35,376 nucleotides of DNA. Origin: Octopus bimaculoides (taxonomy: Eukaryota). Below the pieces are notes generated by a model. It saw only the letters and a list, made by a program, of their open reading frames with translations. It was not told the origin of the DNA and did no database searches. Position numbers and translations under genes: made by a program. Shown here one piece after another: positions 10,571 to 22,800 of this stretch (within the stretch, counting starts at the first letter, position 1; every line of letters begins with the position of its first letter). The stretch spans positions 4,426,332-4,461,707 of the forward strand of contig NC_069004.1 in NCBI RefSeq assembly GCF_001194135.2, given 5' to 3'.

Positions 10571-10938
10571 GGCGCAGGCGTGGCTTCGTGGTAAAAACAT
10601 TTCTTCCTAACTGCATAGATCTCGATTCAGTACCAGTGAGTGACAACTTCAGATTTTTTCTTTTACTGAAGCCCCAGGACCCACCAGAATCTTTTGAGTG
10701 TATTTGGTTGACGGAAACCGAGAAAAAACCGTTGTATGTGTTTGTCCCTAACTATGACTTGACAACCGGTGCTCTGTTTTTGTCTTTTACGACTCCGTGA
10801 CATAGCAGTTCGGTATAAGAAGATCGATAGAGCAAGTACATGACTTTAAATGATATGTACTGGGATCGATATGTCGGACTGAACTCTTGAAGGTGGTGCT
10901 CCAGCATGGCGGCAGCCTAATGACTGACACAAGTAAAA
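10571..10938 (+). mobile_element. SINE family A, full length without internal microsatellite expansion
   Basis: Head ggcgcaggcgtggcttcgtggtaa; body ...tttggttgacggaaaccgag...; 3' end ggtggtgctccagcatggcggcagcctaatgactgacacaagtaaaa. Confidence 0.85.
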
Positions 10939-10961
10939 TATAAATGTTTTGAGTTGGGGTT

Positions 10962-11150
10962 GGTGTGCTGGCAGAACCGTTAACGTTTCGGATACGATGT
11001 TTAGTTAGAGTAATTTCTTCTGCGCTTTACGTACTGTGTTGCCTTTCATCGTTTTAGAGGTCGATAATATAAAATACCAGTCATGTGTTGGAGTCAATGC
11101 AATCGACTTCAAAATTTGACCTGCTCTCAGAAATTGCTGGTCTTGAACCA
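10962..11150 (+). mobile_element. SINE family B, degenerate, B-box region deleted
   Basis: gctggcagaaccgttaacg...gcctttcatcgttttagaggtcgataatataaaataccagt...caatcgactt matches the reverse complement of 5852-6079. Confidence 0.75.
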
Positions 11151-11819
11151 TGAAGCGTACTAGCAACCCGTTCAGGGAAATGCTGTGATCTCAAACAATT
11201 ATACGCTATAGAAACTCAGTAATCAGTCTTTTGAGCTCTCGGGCTTGGTAGAAAACAATATTTGGATAATCACACTGGATTGTATTTATGGTCCTTTCAT
11301 CAAAAGAATATTCTGTTTACAAATTTAAATCATTCATGGACTGCTACTAATGTTGACCTTGCGGTGTTGCGGTGGTAGTAGTTGACGTGGTGTAGCTGCA
11401 TGTCTTCCTCTATGATCAAAGGTGGTCTAATTGTAACTGTACTGTTTTCTATTCAGCCATGATATATCTCTAAGGAGCATTATCTGTGTTGCGTTTACTG
11501 TGCTGTTGGTGTATGTTAAGCACAATAACATCTTCTATCAACCAAACCAACGATCAAAGACTTTGCATTAGCAATGGCCACCCCATCGATTATTCAAACA
11601 GAGCGTGCTGCGATACAAAACGTACCGCCCTTTCTCGGTTTTAATACAGCATATCTATAATTAAAAAGGCGTTCCATCCATGACTAACTCAACATTCATT
11701 CAGTACTAGTGTACTGCGATATGCCATTATCTGTTATTCATATAAACCCCGAATCAACCTTTATCAAAGAAACACTAAATCAAAGAAACTCTATATTTGA
11801 GCATCCCATAAACTATTTA

Positions 11820-12020
11820 CACTCACTTCATCTTGCTTTTCTTTCATTACTTTAGATCTTCGCACCCTATTGAACATAGGGCCGTGCCGACGTTTCCTCA
11901 TTTTGTCTCGACTCTGTGTAGTTGTATTTCCTGTTTCAAAACCAAGATCTTTCTCGCCCTGGGCTTCGTTTTGAATTGCCATCGATGTTTCTGGAGCTTG
12001 GTATTTTCCTAGAAATGCAG
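11820..12020 (-). mobile_element. 3' end relic of an RTE-clade LINE
   Basis: Minus translation AIQNEAQGEKDLGFETGNTTTQSRDKMRK /frameshift/ VGTALCSIGCEDLK* (stop 11847-49) resembles the RTE ORF C-terminus (AQDR..WR..V.ALC). Confidence 0.65.
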
Positions 12021-12125
12021 GTTGGACATACGGAAATCAATTTTTTAAATCTGGGAATTGGTGGATGATCCATGTTGCTCTGGTCTGTATCTTGTGACTT
12101 GTCTAGCATGGGAGGCCCTACGACG

Positions 12126-12153
12126 ATAGATAGATAGATAGATAGATAAATAT

Positions 12154-12201
<48 letters not shown>

Positions 12202-12380
12202 GAAATAAATAAATCTGCAGAAACGTAGATAAATAGATAAGTGGATGGATGGGCGGATGGACTGAGAGACGGATAGACAGGCAGATAAATAATGAATGGA
12301 TGGATGAATGGATAGATAGATAGATGATAGATAGATAGATAGATATATAGAGAGATAAATAGATAGATAGATAGATAAAG
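12126..12380. repeat. (GATA)n / (GGAT)n microsatellite
   Basis: Seen directly; similar arrays at 19790-20072, 23780-23990 and 26700-26792. Confidence 0.95.
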
Positions 12381-12511
12381 AAAAGTTATAATTCTCATAG
12401 TCTCACGATGCAAATCAAAATACAATCCTATACACATGTCACTTTATTTAACGAATAAAGTGCAGAAGACAAAAACGTGGTGCCACTCTTAAGTCCCCGA
12501 ACATGTTACAT

Positions 12512-12553
<42 letters not shown>

Positions 12554-12785
12554 AATACACTCGTATATATTTATGTACATATATATTTACTTGTACATAT
12601 CTTTATACACACATGCATATACAGATACACGCACACAAAAATACATACATTCAATCATATATATATGTATATACACATGCATATGCATACATATATATAT
12701 ATACAGACATACATATATACACATATATATACGTACATATGTATTTACATATACATATCTGTATACACACACACACGCACACACG

Positions 12786-12845
<60 letters not shown>

Positions 12846-12887
12846 CACACACAAATACATACATTCATATATATACACACGCACACG

Positions 12888-12919
<32 letters not shown>

Positions 12920-14408
12920 TGTATGTATGGCCGCTGTCAAATGACAAAGACTAGAAAAGGAAAAGGAAAAAAATATGTAAACATAGGCAGACACATATAC
13001 ATATAAACGTACACATTCGCTTACACATATATCAATAAATATTCTACAACCGGAAAATCGAAAGCAAATGGCAATAGCGTTTTCCTTTTTCTTTTTATCG
13101 TTCTCTATTGAGACTTAACTGATAGTCAATGGGCATCGTCAACACAAAAGATAAACATCACAAAAGAGATACACGTAGAAATGTTTACATAGAAATTATC
13201 TTATTGAAAAGCTACTTGTGGTTTTTCATAAAACGACGTTCTAATTGTTATTCTTCTCTTTTTGTTATTAAGTCTTGTCTGTTGGTTTATTCTTAAGCTT
13301 TATATATTATGCGAAAGCGAATTATATTGTGTTTATTAAACATTTCAAACTCCTGTCAAATTCTTTGTCACTAGATGTGCGACATTTTTTAAGCTTAGTG
13401 AAGACGGCAAATACTTATACCTGAAACATAGAATGTTATTTTGTTATAGGTGTTGCTATTGTAGTTGTTGTCCGTTTTTGTTATTGTTAACGACAACAAA
13501 TATTGGTGTGATCGATGGAGAATACGGACGTGTGTTGCTTTAAATAATAGCGTGCATTTCATTCATTCGCATAATGCGACTTGCTAAAGTCCGGGTTCAA
13601 AACTCACCGGTGTGCTTTCAGAATCTTACAGTAATCGCCAATGGATAAAAATTAATTGCTAGACAATCCTCTATCATCCCTTATACTTATATATATACAT
13701 ATATATATACATATATATATATAGAACCAGTTCTAGAAAGCCTGTTTTTGAGAGGATTAAGCATAGTAGAAGGATTATCTAGCAAATACCTCTAGCAGAG
13801 TGAAAGATCTCTGTAGATAACTTTTTCGTTGTGGGTGTATGTGTGGTATGAGTTAATTTTCACGCAGATATTATAAACAGGTAAATTCGTTCATTTCAGA
13901 ACGTTGTATTCAGTTTCCATAGCATCATTGTCCCTACATTAAACTTTTAAGCACCTCACATCGTCTTTCACACTCTCTCCTTCTCCATTTCTGCCGTTCC
14001 GTCTCCCTCTCTCTCTCTCTCTCTCCCTCTCTCTCTTACTCGCTCACACTATCAATTTCACTCGCTCGCTCGCTTTATTTCTTCCACTACATTCCATTTT
14101 CCCTTGCGCTCATCCAAAACTCTATTTTTCTCGAATTTTCTTATGAATCTTCAGGCTTGCACTCACCTACTGAGCCACTCTTGAAGTCACTGCACCGCTC
14201 CAACCTCCCATTCAAACAGCTACGATATATATATATATACATATGTATATATATATATATTACATGTGCATATATATATGTGTGTGTTATTTACTGTGCG
14301 CAGCTGGTACTTCCCACGTGTTGTTAGTTACCTCGGGCGACGCATTATAATGTTTGAATTGCGTGTGTGTGTATGTGTGTGCTTGTGTATGTGCACTCTC
14401 TCTCTCTC

Positions 14409-14447
<39 letters not shown>

Positions 14448-15403
14448 CACTTTCACGTACACATGTAAATCTACATATATGTAGATATAACTACAAACAT
14501 ATTCTTACAGATATATGCATACACAAATACGTAATTTATCTATGTGTCTATCTATCTATCTATTGACGTCTCTCTGTTTGTCTCTCTCTCTATATATATA
14601 TTTATACACGCACACACGCACTTTCCCATGTATATATATATATATATATATATNNNNNNNNNNNNNNNNNNNNNNNNNNNNNNNNNNNNNNNNNNNNNNN
14701 NNNNNNNNNNNNNNNNNNNNNNNNNNNNNNNNNNNNNNNNNNNNNNNNNNNNNNNNNNNNNNNNNNNNNNNNNNNNNNNNNNNNNNNNNNNNNNNNNNNN
14801 NNNNNNNNNNNNNNNNNNNNNNNNNNNNNTAATTACATATATACATATAAATGGATAGATATATAGATAGATAGATAGATACGGAAATATATGTATATAC
14901 ATATCTACATAAATAAACGTACCCATAGGCAAACACAAACACATGCGTCTTTATACTTGTAAGTGCAAGCCTACATCTACGCGAATAGTTGTCTATGAGT
15001 ATTTATTTGTGTGGTGTGTGGAGATGTGTCTCAGTGCGTTTCTCTTCCTGTCTATGTGTGTCTAAATGCAAAGACCAGAAAGGACGCGTGATCATTTACC
15101 TCCTGCTTGCAATAGCGCTTTTCACCGGTTTACTTGCATAGAAGACGTGTCAAAGTTTGTTAATATGGCTTCCAAATAAAGATGTATTTTAAGCAAAAGC
15201 GTCTTTTCAACATGCACTTCTTCCATTTGGTGTTTGTATGAGAGCTTAGAAGACAGGTTAATGGCAATATCACTATTTAACACAACATAGCATGTTACAT
15301 CGACGAAAATTTTAGCATTTACAATGCACCATTACTAGAAAAGCGAAATAGCGCAAAAGCATCACCTCTGTGTGCTGTATACGTTTTGCATGCATGTAGA
15401 GTG

Positions 15404-15434
<31 letters not shown>

Positions 15435-15440
15435 GCATAT

Positions 15441-15483
<43 letters not shown>

Positions 15484-16134
15484 TACATATTCATGTACGC
15501 ATATAAATATTTATGTATGTGTGCGTGTATGCATGCATGCATATATGTATGTATATATATTTATATATATATATANNNNNNNNNNNNNNNNNNNNNNNNN
15601 NNNNNNNNNNNNNNNNNNNNNNNNNNNNNNNNNNNNNNNNNNNNNNNNNNNNNNNNNNNNNNNNNNNNNNNNNNNNNNNNNNNNNNNNNNNNNNNNNNNN
15701 NNNNNNNNNNNNNNNNNNNCATAAATATATACATGCGTGTGTGGGTGTGTATATGTTTTTGTAATATAAAGCTATACATTTATGTATATGAAGATAAGTA
15801 TAGGTCTATATGTAGAAACGTGAATTAATATATGACTTTGTTTAGCCGTGTGTGTGAGTCTTAAATCTTAAAATACAGTGACAGCTTCGAACATTAAAAG
15901 CATTCAAATTTTGTAGGTTTACATTCGTGTACTTCTGCGTTTGTGTATGTGTGTATGTGCACATGATTATGGGTGTGTGTGAGTGTCTAAATATACATGA
16001 CTATATGACGTTTTCTGTGTGTATGCTTGTATGGCTTCAGCTATATTCTTCATGTCCTTGTTAGGATTGCTTTTGTCCTATTTATATGCGCGCATACACA
16101 CATACACACAGACAAATGTATTATTATATATACA

Positions 16135-16207
<73 letters not shown>

Positions 16208-16989
16208 ACTCATAAACACCTATGCAGACAGAAAAAAATATACATGACCCGGAATATATATAAACATATACATACATACATACATACACACCAACATACA
16301 CTAAAGAATATACTCCTCCCCTAACATGCACACATGTATTTATAATAGTAATAATAATAATAATAATAATAAATGTATATATACATTATACACACACGCA
16401 CACACACTACACATGCATTGCTCGTATGGATATATATATATATAGACAACTATACACACACACATATATATATTACACTCACTTATATATTTGTATATCA
16501 GAAGAGGTTGAAGAGAGAAAGAGTGGCAAACATGACTGTGCTTGGAATTGCCCGATCGTTCGTGTCTGCGTTTTGTGTATATGTGTTTTTGTATAAACGT
16601 GCTTGTATCTATGTGTTTGTGTGTTTCACTAGTCTTGAGTCTGTAATATGTTTCCAAGACTTCCAAGAACACCAGACACTTTAGACCTCCTATTGTGAAT
16701 ATCTTTACTAACGGGGAAAATATATTGCCAAGTTCGTGTCTTTTGTCATATCCACTAGCAAATTTTGGAAATATTTCCTTGTTTTCTCGCTAATGTTCAT
16801 CGTTACATTTTATGTACTAGTAGAAGTAGTAGTATTAATATTAGTGGTATTTGCTGTTGTTGTGGTTGTAGTAATAGTTGCGTATTAATCATTTTTTATT
16901 ACTCTTGTAGTTGAATTAGCAGTAGTCCAGCACTAATCTAGTCAATAGTATTGATTTTGATTTTAGCAGTAGCACTAGCGATACCGAAG

Positions 16990-17033
16990 CTGGAAGCTTT
17001 GTCAGTATCGGCAGCAACAGCTACAGTAGCAGC

Positions 17034-17086
<53 letters not shown>

Positions 17087-17180
17087 CAGCAGGAGCAGCA
17101 GTGGCAGCAGCAGCAGAAGCAGTAGAAACAGCAGCAGCAGCAGTAGTAGTAGTAGTAGTAATGCCAGCAACAGTTATTAT
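16990..17180. repeat. Compound (GTA)n/(GCA)n trinucleotide repeat
   Basis: Seen directly; explains the poly-V/A and poly-Y/C ORFs in the track. Confidence 0.95.
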
Positions 17181-17500
17181 TATTTAGCGCTATGTGTGTC
17201 ACGGCATAAAATATGTCATACATTTAATCTTGATAAATTCATTAAACGGGAGAAACGAGATATTCTCTCCATACCCGCATAGAAACAAATTTCTGTCGTG
17301 CAAACTTATAATAGAAGCATAATATTTTGCATGAAATTATAGCATATTCTTCACTCGACTGTATATAACTCACCAGGGAAGAAACTCACCCTCAACAACA
17401 TTCTATAGAAGTAGACTGTGGTGTTTTCTCATTTTTAGTGGCTTGTCGACATCAAATACCCACCTGCGTTGCAGGCAATTCATGTACATGTATATAAAAA

Positions 17501-17558
<58 letters not shown>

Positions 17559-17759
17559 ACTTGGGGATGGTCATATTGCCAGTTTAGCCAATAAAAACAC
17601 ACGCACTGTATATTTGGTGTTAATTTGCTTCAGCTTTCTATTACATTAATCTTAATCTTATTTCGGCCAGAGTTCTTTCGTCACACTTCTGTGACCTCAT
17701 CAGTGGTCCTTTGTTTCCTTCTTTCTTATGTGTGTCTCACCTTGCTAACTATCAGCCAT

Positions 17760-17793
<34 letters not shown>

Positions 17794-18005
17794 TTTTCAG
17801 AAGTCAAAACGTACAGTAATGAACAAACGGACGGAAAGACATATTAAATGCATGGAATGCTCAGATGCACCGACAAACGGAGAACAGACACTGGTAACAG
17901 ATTCCTCATCAGTTATCGGCGAGGTCGTCAAATGTAATTTCATGCTATTATCGATAAGTACATTTATTGTGTCTTTCTTTGTTTATTACTATACGTTTTG
18001 ACTTC

Positions 18006-18048
<43 letters not shown>

Positions 18049-19161
18049 TGACAGCGTTGCCTTAGTTTTTAGTTAAAATAGATTTTGTCAATTTAGTTAT
18101 GGTTGTGGTGAAACTTCTGATGCTGTTGGCTGTGTCGGTGGTGATGTTGTGCAAGTGCTTGTGGTTCTGATCTGGAGTTCTCTAGTGCTTCTTACGGTGT
18201 CTTTGTTTATCACGTTTTCCGTTGGACTTCCTTAGAAGGTGGTATTGGAAACGATGACATTGTCCATGTACCTGTTAATCTATATCGATACATCAATATT
18301 CCGATTCAATATCCTTGTTGGGTTTCCTTTATGATGAACGCTTTATTTGAGCAAGCAATCGACCTCAGGAAATCAAGCTTTTTACAGCTATTCTTTTCTT
18401 CTTCTTTTTTTTTCATTTCCTTCTTGCTGGATTCTCTGCAAGACGCCAAGCCTGAAGGAACACTTGAAGAGCTTCGATAATCCAGTTTTATTTCAAATTT
18501 TTTTCTTTTGTATTTTTTTTATAAACGTCAGTTTCATTATAGCTATCACTTTTCAATCATATTTAGTTTAATTTTTTAAATTAAAAATTAAGTGAACACT
18601 GTATATATACATGGACGCTTCTGTGTGTGACAGAGACAGAAGGAGAGGGAGAAAGAGAGAGGGAGAGACAGAAAGAGAGGGAGGGAGAAAAAGAGAGAGA
18701 GAGTGAGCGAATATGTATTTTTAAGTTGAATAGCTGCTGTGACTTAAGATGCTGAATTTTGGTGGCAATAAACTTATCAAATTCTAAGTTTACAGTAACT
18801 GTAAATCTTGTCGGTCTTCAGATAACGAAAATAAAACGTATTCTGTATTGTACATTGAATTGTATGCTTGTTGTTTGTAAAATCAGATTCATATATGTAT
18901 GTGTGTATGCATGTGTCTATGCATTTATGTATGTATGAAGGTATGTATACATATACTCGAACACGTACACATATACTCACTTGCACTCTCTCACACACAC
19001 ACATAGATACCCATGTTTATATACATATATAAATTTACATATACAAATTCCTATGTACATATACCCACATATATCATTTGATACTTTTATAGATATATGT
19101 ATATATGTGTGTGTAAATATACTATGTATATATATAGCTGGTATATATGCACGTAAGTGTT

Positions 19162-19196
<35 letters not shown>

Positions 19197-20092
19197 TTGT
19201 GTGTGTATTTGTGTGTATGTATGTATAGAATACACACACACTCACTCACACACACACACACGCATAAAATGAGAGAGGCGGAGAAAGAGTGACAACTACA
19301 GGTGTATCAATTACTATCTTACATATGATTTATCAACATTATCTCCGCCTCTAGAGGATGTGTCACAAATCCAAAATAATAATTAAGTCTAGTTACACAC
19401 AAGAGGTGGAGGTGATTAATTCAAGAATGAAGAATTTCTCAAAGTTTGACATATCCTTAAGGAAATTCATAGGATTATTGTCTGGAGATAAGAGGAAAAT
19501 CATGTTCTTGTGTGTTTGCCTAAATTGCAGTCGTTAGTAGAAGAGTTGTCGATACTCGTCTCCTTTAGCCAAGGGACAGACATTTTATAACAAAAAAAAA
19601 GTAGGATATATTTACGGTAAATAAGTTAGTGGTCATTGCCTTGTGTATGAACAACATAGACAAGCAATGGTTTCTAAATTACACACAATATAATTTCATG
19701 AGTTTTGAAAACTACCTCCGCCTGTAGACGATATCTCATATTTGCCAAGTGATGATAGAATCCGTATGTTCTTGAGAGGTGGGGATATATAGATAGTAAG
19801 ATAAATTGTGAGATATATAAGTAGATGGATGATTAGATAGACAGACGGTTAGATTGATAGGGATAGAAAGAAAGAAAGAGAGACATATATATAGAGAGAA
19901 AGCGATAGAGAAATAAAGAATGGAGATAGGGACAGAGACGGGAATAACATATAGAGGGATACATGTATATTCCGGAAGTACAAAGAAAAATAGATGAATG
20001 GACAGACAGACAGACAGATAGACATACAGATAGACAGACAGATAGACAGACAGATAGACAGATAGATAGAAGAATCCAACGCTCTACATGAC

Positions 20093-20228
20093 AGGTACTA
20101 TTGTCCTAGACCCCGGCTTCACGAAGACTAATTTGGATTCAATAGGATTTGAACTCTGAAAGCAAAGAGCCGAGACGACGCAAATCAATCTGTTCAATTG
20201 ACCAACGATTCTGCGAACTAACTGCTTA
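20093..20228 (-). mobile_element. SINE family B relic
   Basis: ggtactattgtcctagacccc...ggatttgaactctgaaagc...ccaacgattctgcgaactaactgc aligns to 5940-6079. Confidence 0.6.
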
Positions 20229-20237
20229 TGCCTTCAG

Positions 20238-20487
20238 ATTGCTATGACAACGAATACTTCAGTTGTGCAGGTAATGAGATCGCATAACCAGCCTTATTTT
20301 CTTTTATTTAGAGAAGTGTGAACATCAACGTTTGGTCTACATAGGTGAAATAGTCATTTACGGACGGGCTGATCCCATCAGGCACAAGACCATCCGATAC
20401 CATGTGACATGTATGAATGTTGGCGACACAACTCATGCATTGCAGTCAAACAACCATTGTTGGTATACCGCTTGTGGAGTAAAATAA
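20238..20487 (+). other. Two tandem 33-nt AG/GT-bounded segments; alternatively a degraded GIY-YIG (Penelope-like) relic
   Basis: 20238-20270 reads (D)CYDNEYFSCA(G); 20312-20344 reads (E)KCEHQRLVYI(G). Unspliced, FSCAG...YIGE resembles the GIY-YIG C.GC...YIGET motif. Confidence 0.3.
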
Positions 20488-20683
20488 TGTCTTTATGGTT
20501 GTATTAATATCGGATGTAGTACCAGAAACACACGACTACACGTCTCACACACACATACATATATATGTGTGTATGTATGTACATATGTATATATAAATCC
20601 ATATATCGTACGTTTGTACATATTTGAGCATATACCATACCAAGTACACTCACACACACACATAGAAATGGATATGTGAGTGA

Positions 20684-20767
<84 letters not shown>

Positions 20768-20998
20768 GCGCACATTCGAGCCTACGAATAAATATATACA
20801 GAAGTACATACACAGAGAATCGCGCCACGCACATAGTTTATCAAGTGACGTAACAAATCTTTCTGGCACCTGAATATTCCAATTATCAGCATCAAGAATA
20901 ACATTTTGTTTATATTCTTCACATTTTCCTTTGCAAATCCCTTCATTGCTTAACTCTACTATCACTGCAAATATGGTGCATAAATACTAAGCGCTTAC

Positions 20999-21013
20999 CT
21001 TCGTAATCCGCCA
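20999..21013 (-). other. Candidate 15-nt micro-exon
   Basis: Minus strand: ttgcttctacccctccttttgttatcag|TGGCGGATTACGAAG|gtaagc; all three frames are stop-free. Confidence 0.2.
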
Positions 21014-21569
21014 CTGATAACAAAAGGAGGGGTAGAAGCAATTTCGTTTCGTTATCGCCATACGATCCTTTGCCGATTCTCTTTTGGTATTAGTCAACTA
21101 TCAAACGTTTCACTATTGGAATGATTTATCAAAAGCAACAAAATTATACACAAATTATAATTCGGACTTATAGTAGCTCATGCATTATTTATTGAGGAAT
21201 CGAAAATTCGTACGTATAGCACACACGTCACATCTTGCAGATTTTCTGATATTTATACGCAAACACACACATATGTACACACACGTACACACATATGTAT
21301 GTATATTTATATATACACACACATATATATATGTATATATATGCATGTATGTATGTATGTATGTATGTATGTATGTGCATCTGCTGAACTTTATATACAC
21401 ATTTGTAGTAAAGTACATGGTAAACTTTGACTGCTGTTCATTTTGCGCCTTTATTATATTTTCACAATCTTCATTTTTTGTTAGAAAGCTGACACAACTA
21501 TTTTTTCATTCTAAGTCATTTTGTGCTTTATAAAGTATTAATAAATTGCTTTTTGCTGTTTTTGTTTAG

Positions 21570-21740
21570 AGATGGAGAACATTTAAAGATGAAAAAGAAC
21601 AGCAAACCCAAGACAGGACGAGTATCTCATGTCATTTAAGGTATTTAATTAGAATAAGGTTAATTAGAAGTAATTAATGTCTTGCAGCTGTTTCTCTGTT
21701 ATCGCAGGTCATGGGTCAATACATCCTGCTTCACTCTATG
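21570..21740 (+). other. Candidate exon / 67-nt intron / exon
   Basis: tttttgtttag|71-nt segment|gtattt...ttaat...tttctctgttatcgcag|GTCATG. No recognisable product. Confidence 0.2.
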
Positions 21741-21773
<33 letters not shown>

Positions 21774-22249
21774 TATACATAGGGAAAGAGAGAAAGAGAG
21801 ATAGAGAGTAAGCAGGCTGGGTTTCTAGAGGTTAGCATCACGAAAAATGTTATTACTCGGGAGAATATTCCATTTCTTTTTAGAATATATTTTCATGAAA
21901 ATAGAAATACTCTAAACTAAAGTGAGATAAATCAGATACACCAACTTTAAAATATAAATTAACTATTTGAGCATAAATGTCTATATTAAATTAGAGACTA
22001 CTTATTGTAATTGATGGCTGACATATCATTAGCTCTTCATATATATCATTATGTAAGCTAATCCTATGAAGATACATACATACATTATATCATAAACTTA
22101 GAGTATCCATTAAAACTTGTTTTAGAAAATTAAATAAAAGTTGTCCTAAAATTCCATTTAAATATATAATTAAAATTGAAATATAACGTGGTCTCTCCAT
22201 ATGTCACATTAATGTCGTGTATAACACGTACTTCCATGCTTTCTGAGTA

Positions 22250-22800
22250 ACAGCGAGGGGCTCCGACGATTGGGATGGACACTGCATGAAATGAGACCTC
22301 ACATCTTATCTTCATTCTTTGTTTCTTCTCTGTTGACAGGGGAAGACTATTCATGATATATGGAAACACTCCAATCTACAAACGACAAGCACAGGGGAGA
22401 CCGGAAGACACCGGTGATTCTCTCCCATAGACATCTCCGTCGTTTTCCACTCCATGTTGTTAACTTGGCTCTGCCTATGTGCCAATGTGTATTTCGACGA
22501 GAAAGAAGCTCTTCTGATATGATATTTCTGGCCCGTCTTCTTGAAAAGTGTCAGGAACAGCGGAAGGATACATGTCTTGATCTAACAAAAGAAATCGCTC
22601 TAACAATCGATCTAACAAAAGCGTTTGACACGGCCAAATGTCTTTTGTTGTAGCGCCTGGTTCAGAAGTTTGCAGTCTTCCAACATGTCTCTCGATCGCC
22701 CAGAAGTTTCATGATCACATGCAAGCGAGATTGACAATCGACTATGAAGCCTCGAAATCCATTGATGTCCAGTTGGGGGTAAAACAACGATTCCCCTGTA
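22250..22800 (+). mobile_element. Degraded reverse transcriptase of an RTE (BovB-like) LINE
   Basis: ARGSD..LTSYLHSLFLLC*QGKTIHDIWK, RGDR, LPMCQCVFRRERSSSDMIFLARLLEKCQEQ, IDLTKAFDT and QKFHDHMQAR...VQLGVKQ are RTE RT motifs (KAPGxD, LPESQCGFR...DMIF, DLxKAFD, GVKQG) with stops, frameshifts and deletions. Confidence 0.92.

Noticed and set aside
13505-13620. Possible tRNA-like A/B boxes (ccgggttcaaaactc)
   Set aside because: No cloverleaf and no clear match to either SINE family; too degenerate to call.
15060-15145. Hydrophobic peptide RVIIYLLLAIALFTGLLA followed by TAG
   Set aside because: No ATG or splice context; T-rich DNA readily encodes such stretches. It also shows that hydrophobic-then-TAG patterns can arise by chance.
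18070-18280. Minus-strand YMDNVIV (RT-like) and a S/T/P-rich stretch; hydrophobic plus-strand reading
   Set aside because: Stops flank the motif, the downstream sequence does not match an RT, and the composition is explained by degenerate GTT/GGT-rich DNA.
21040-21085. Minus-strand IGKGSYG resembling a kinase glycine-rich loop
   Set aside because: Preceded by an in-frame stop four codons upstream and not followed by any other kinase subdomain; likely chance.
22130-22369. Minus ORF with an Ig-like look (RCEVSFHAV...NVTYGETT)
   Set aside because: It is the antisense of the RTE RT relic, whose motifs read clearly on the plus strand; no minus-strand acceptor.
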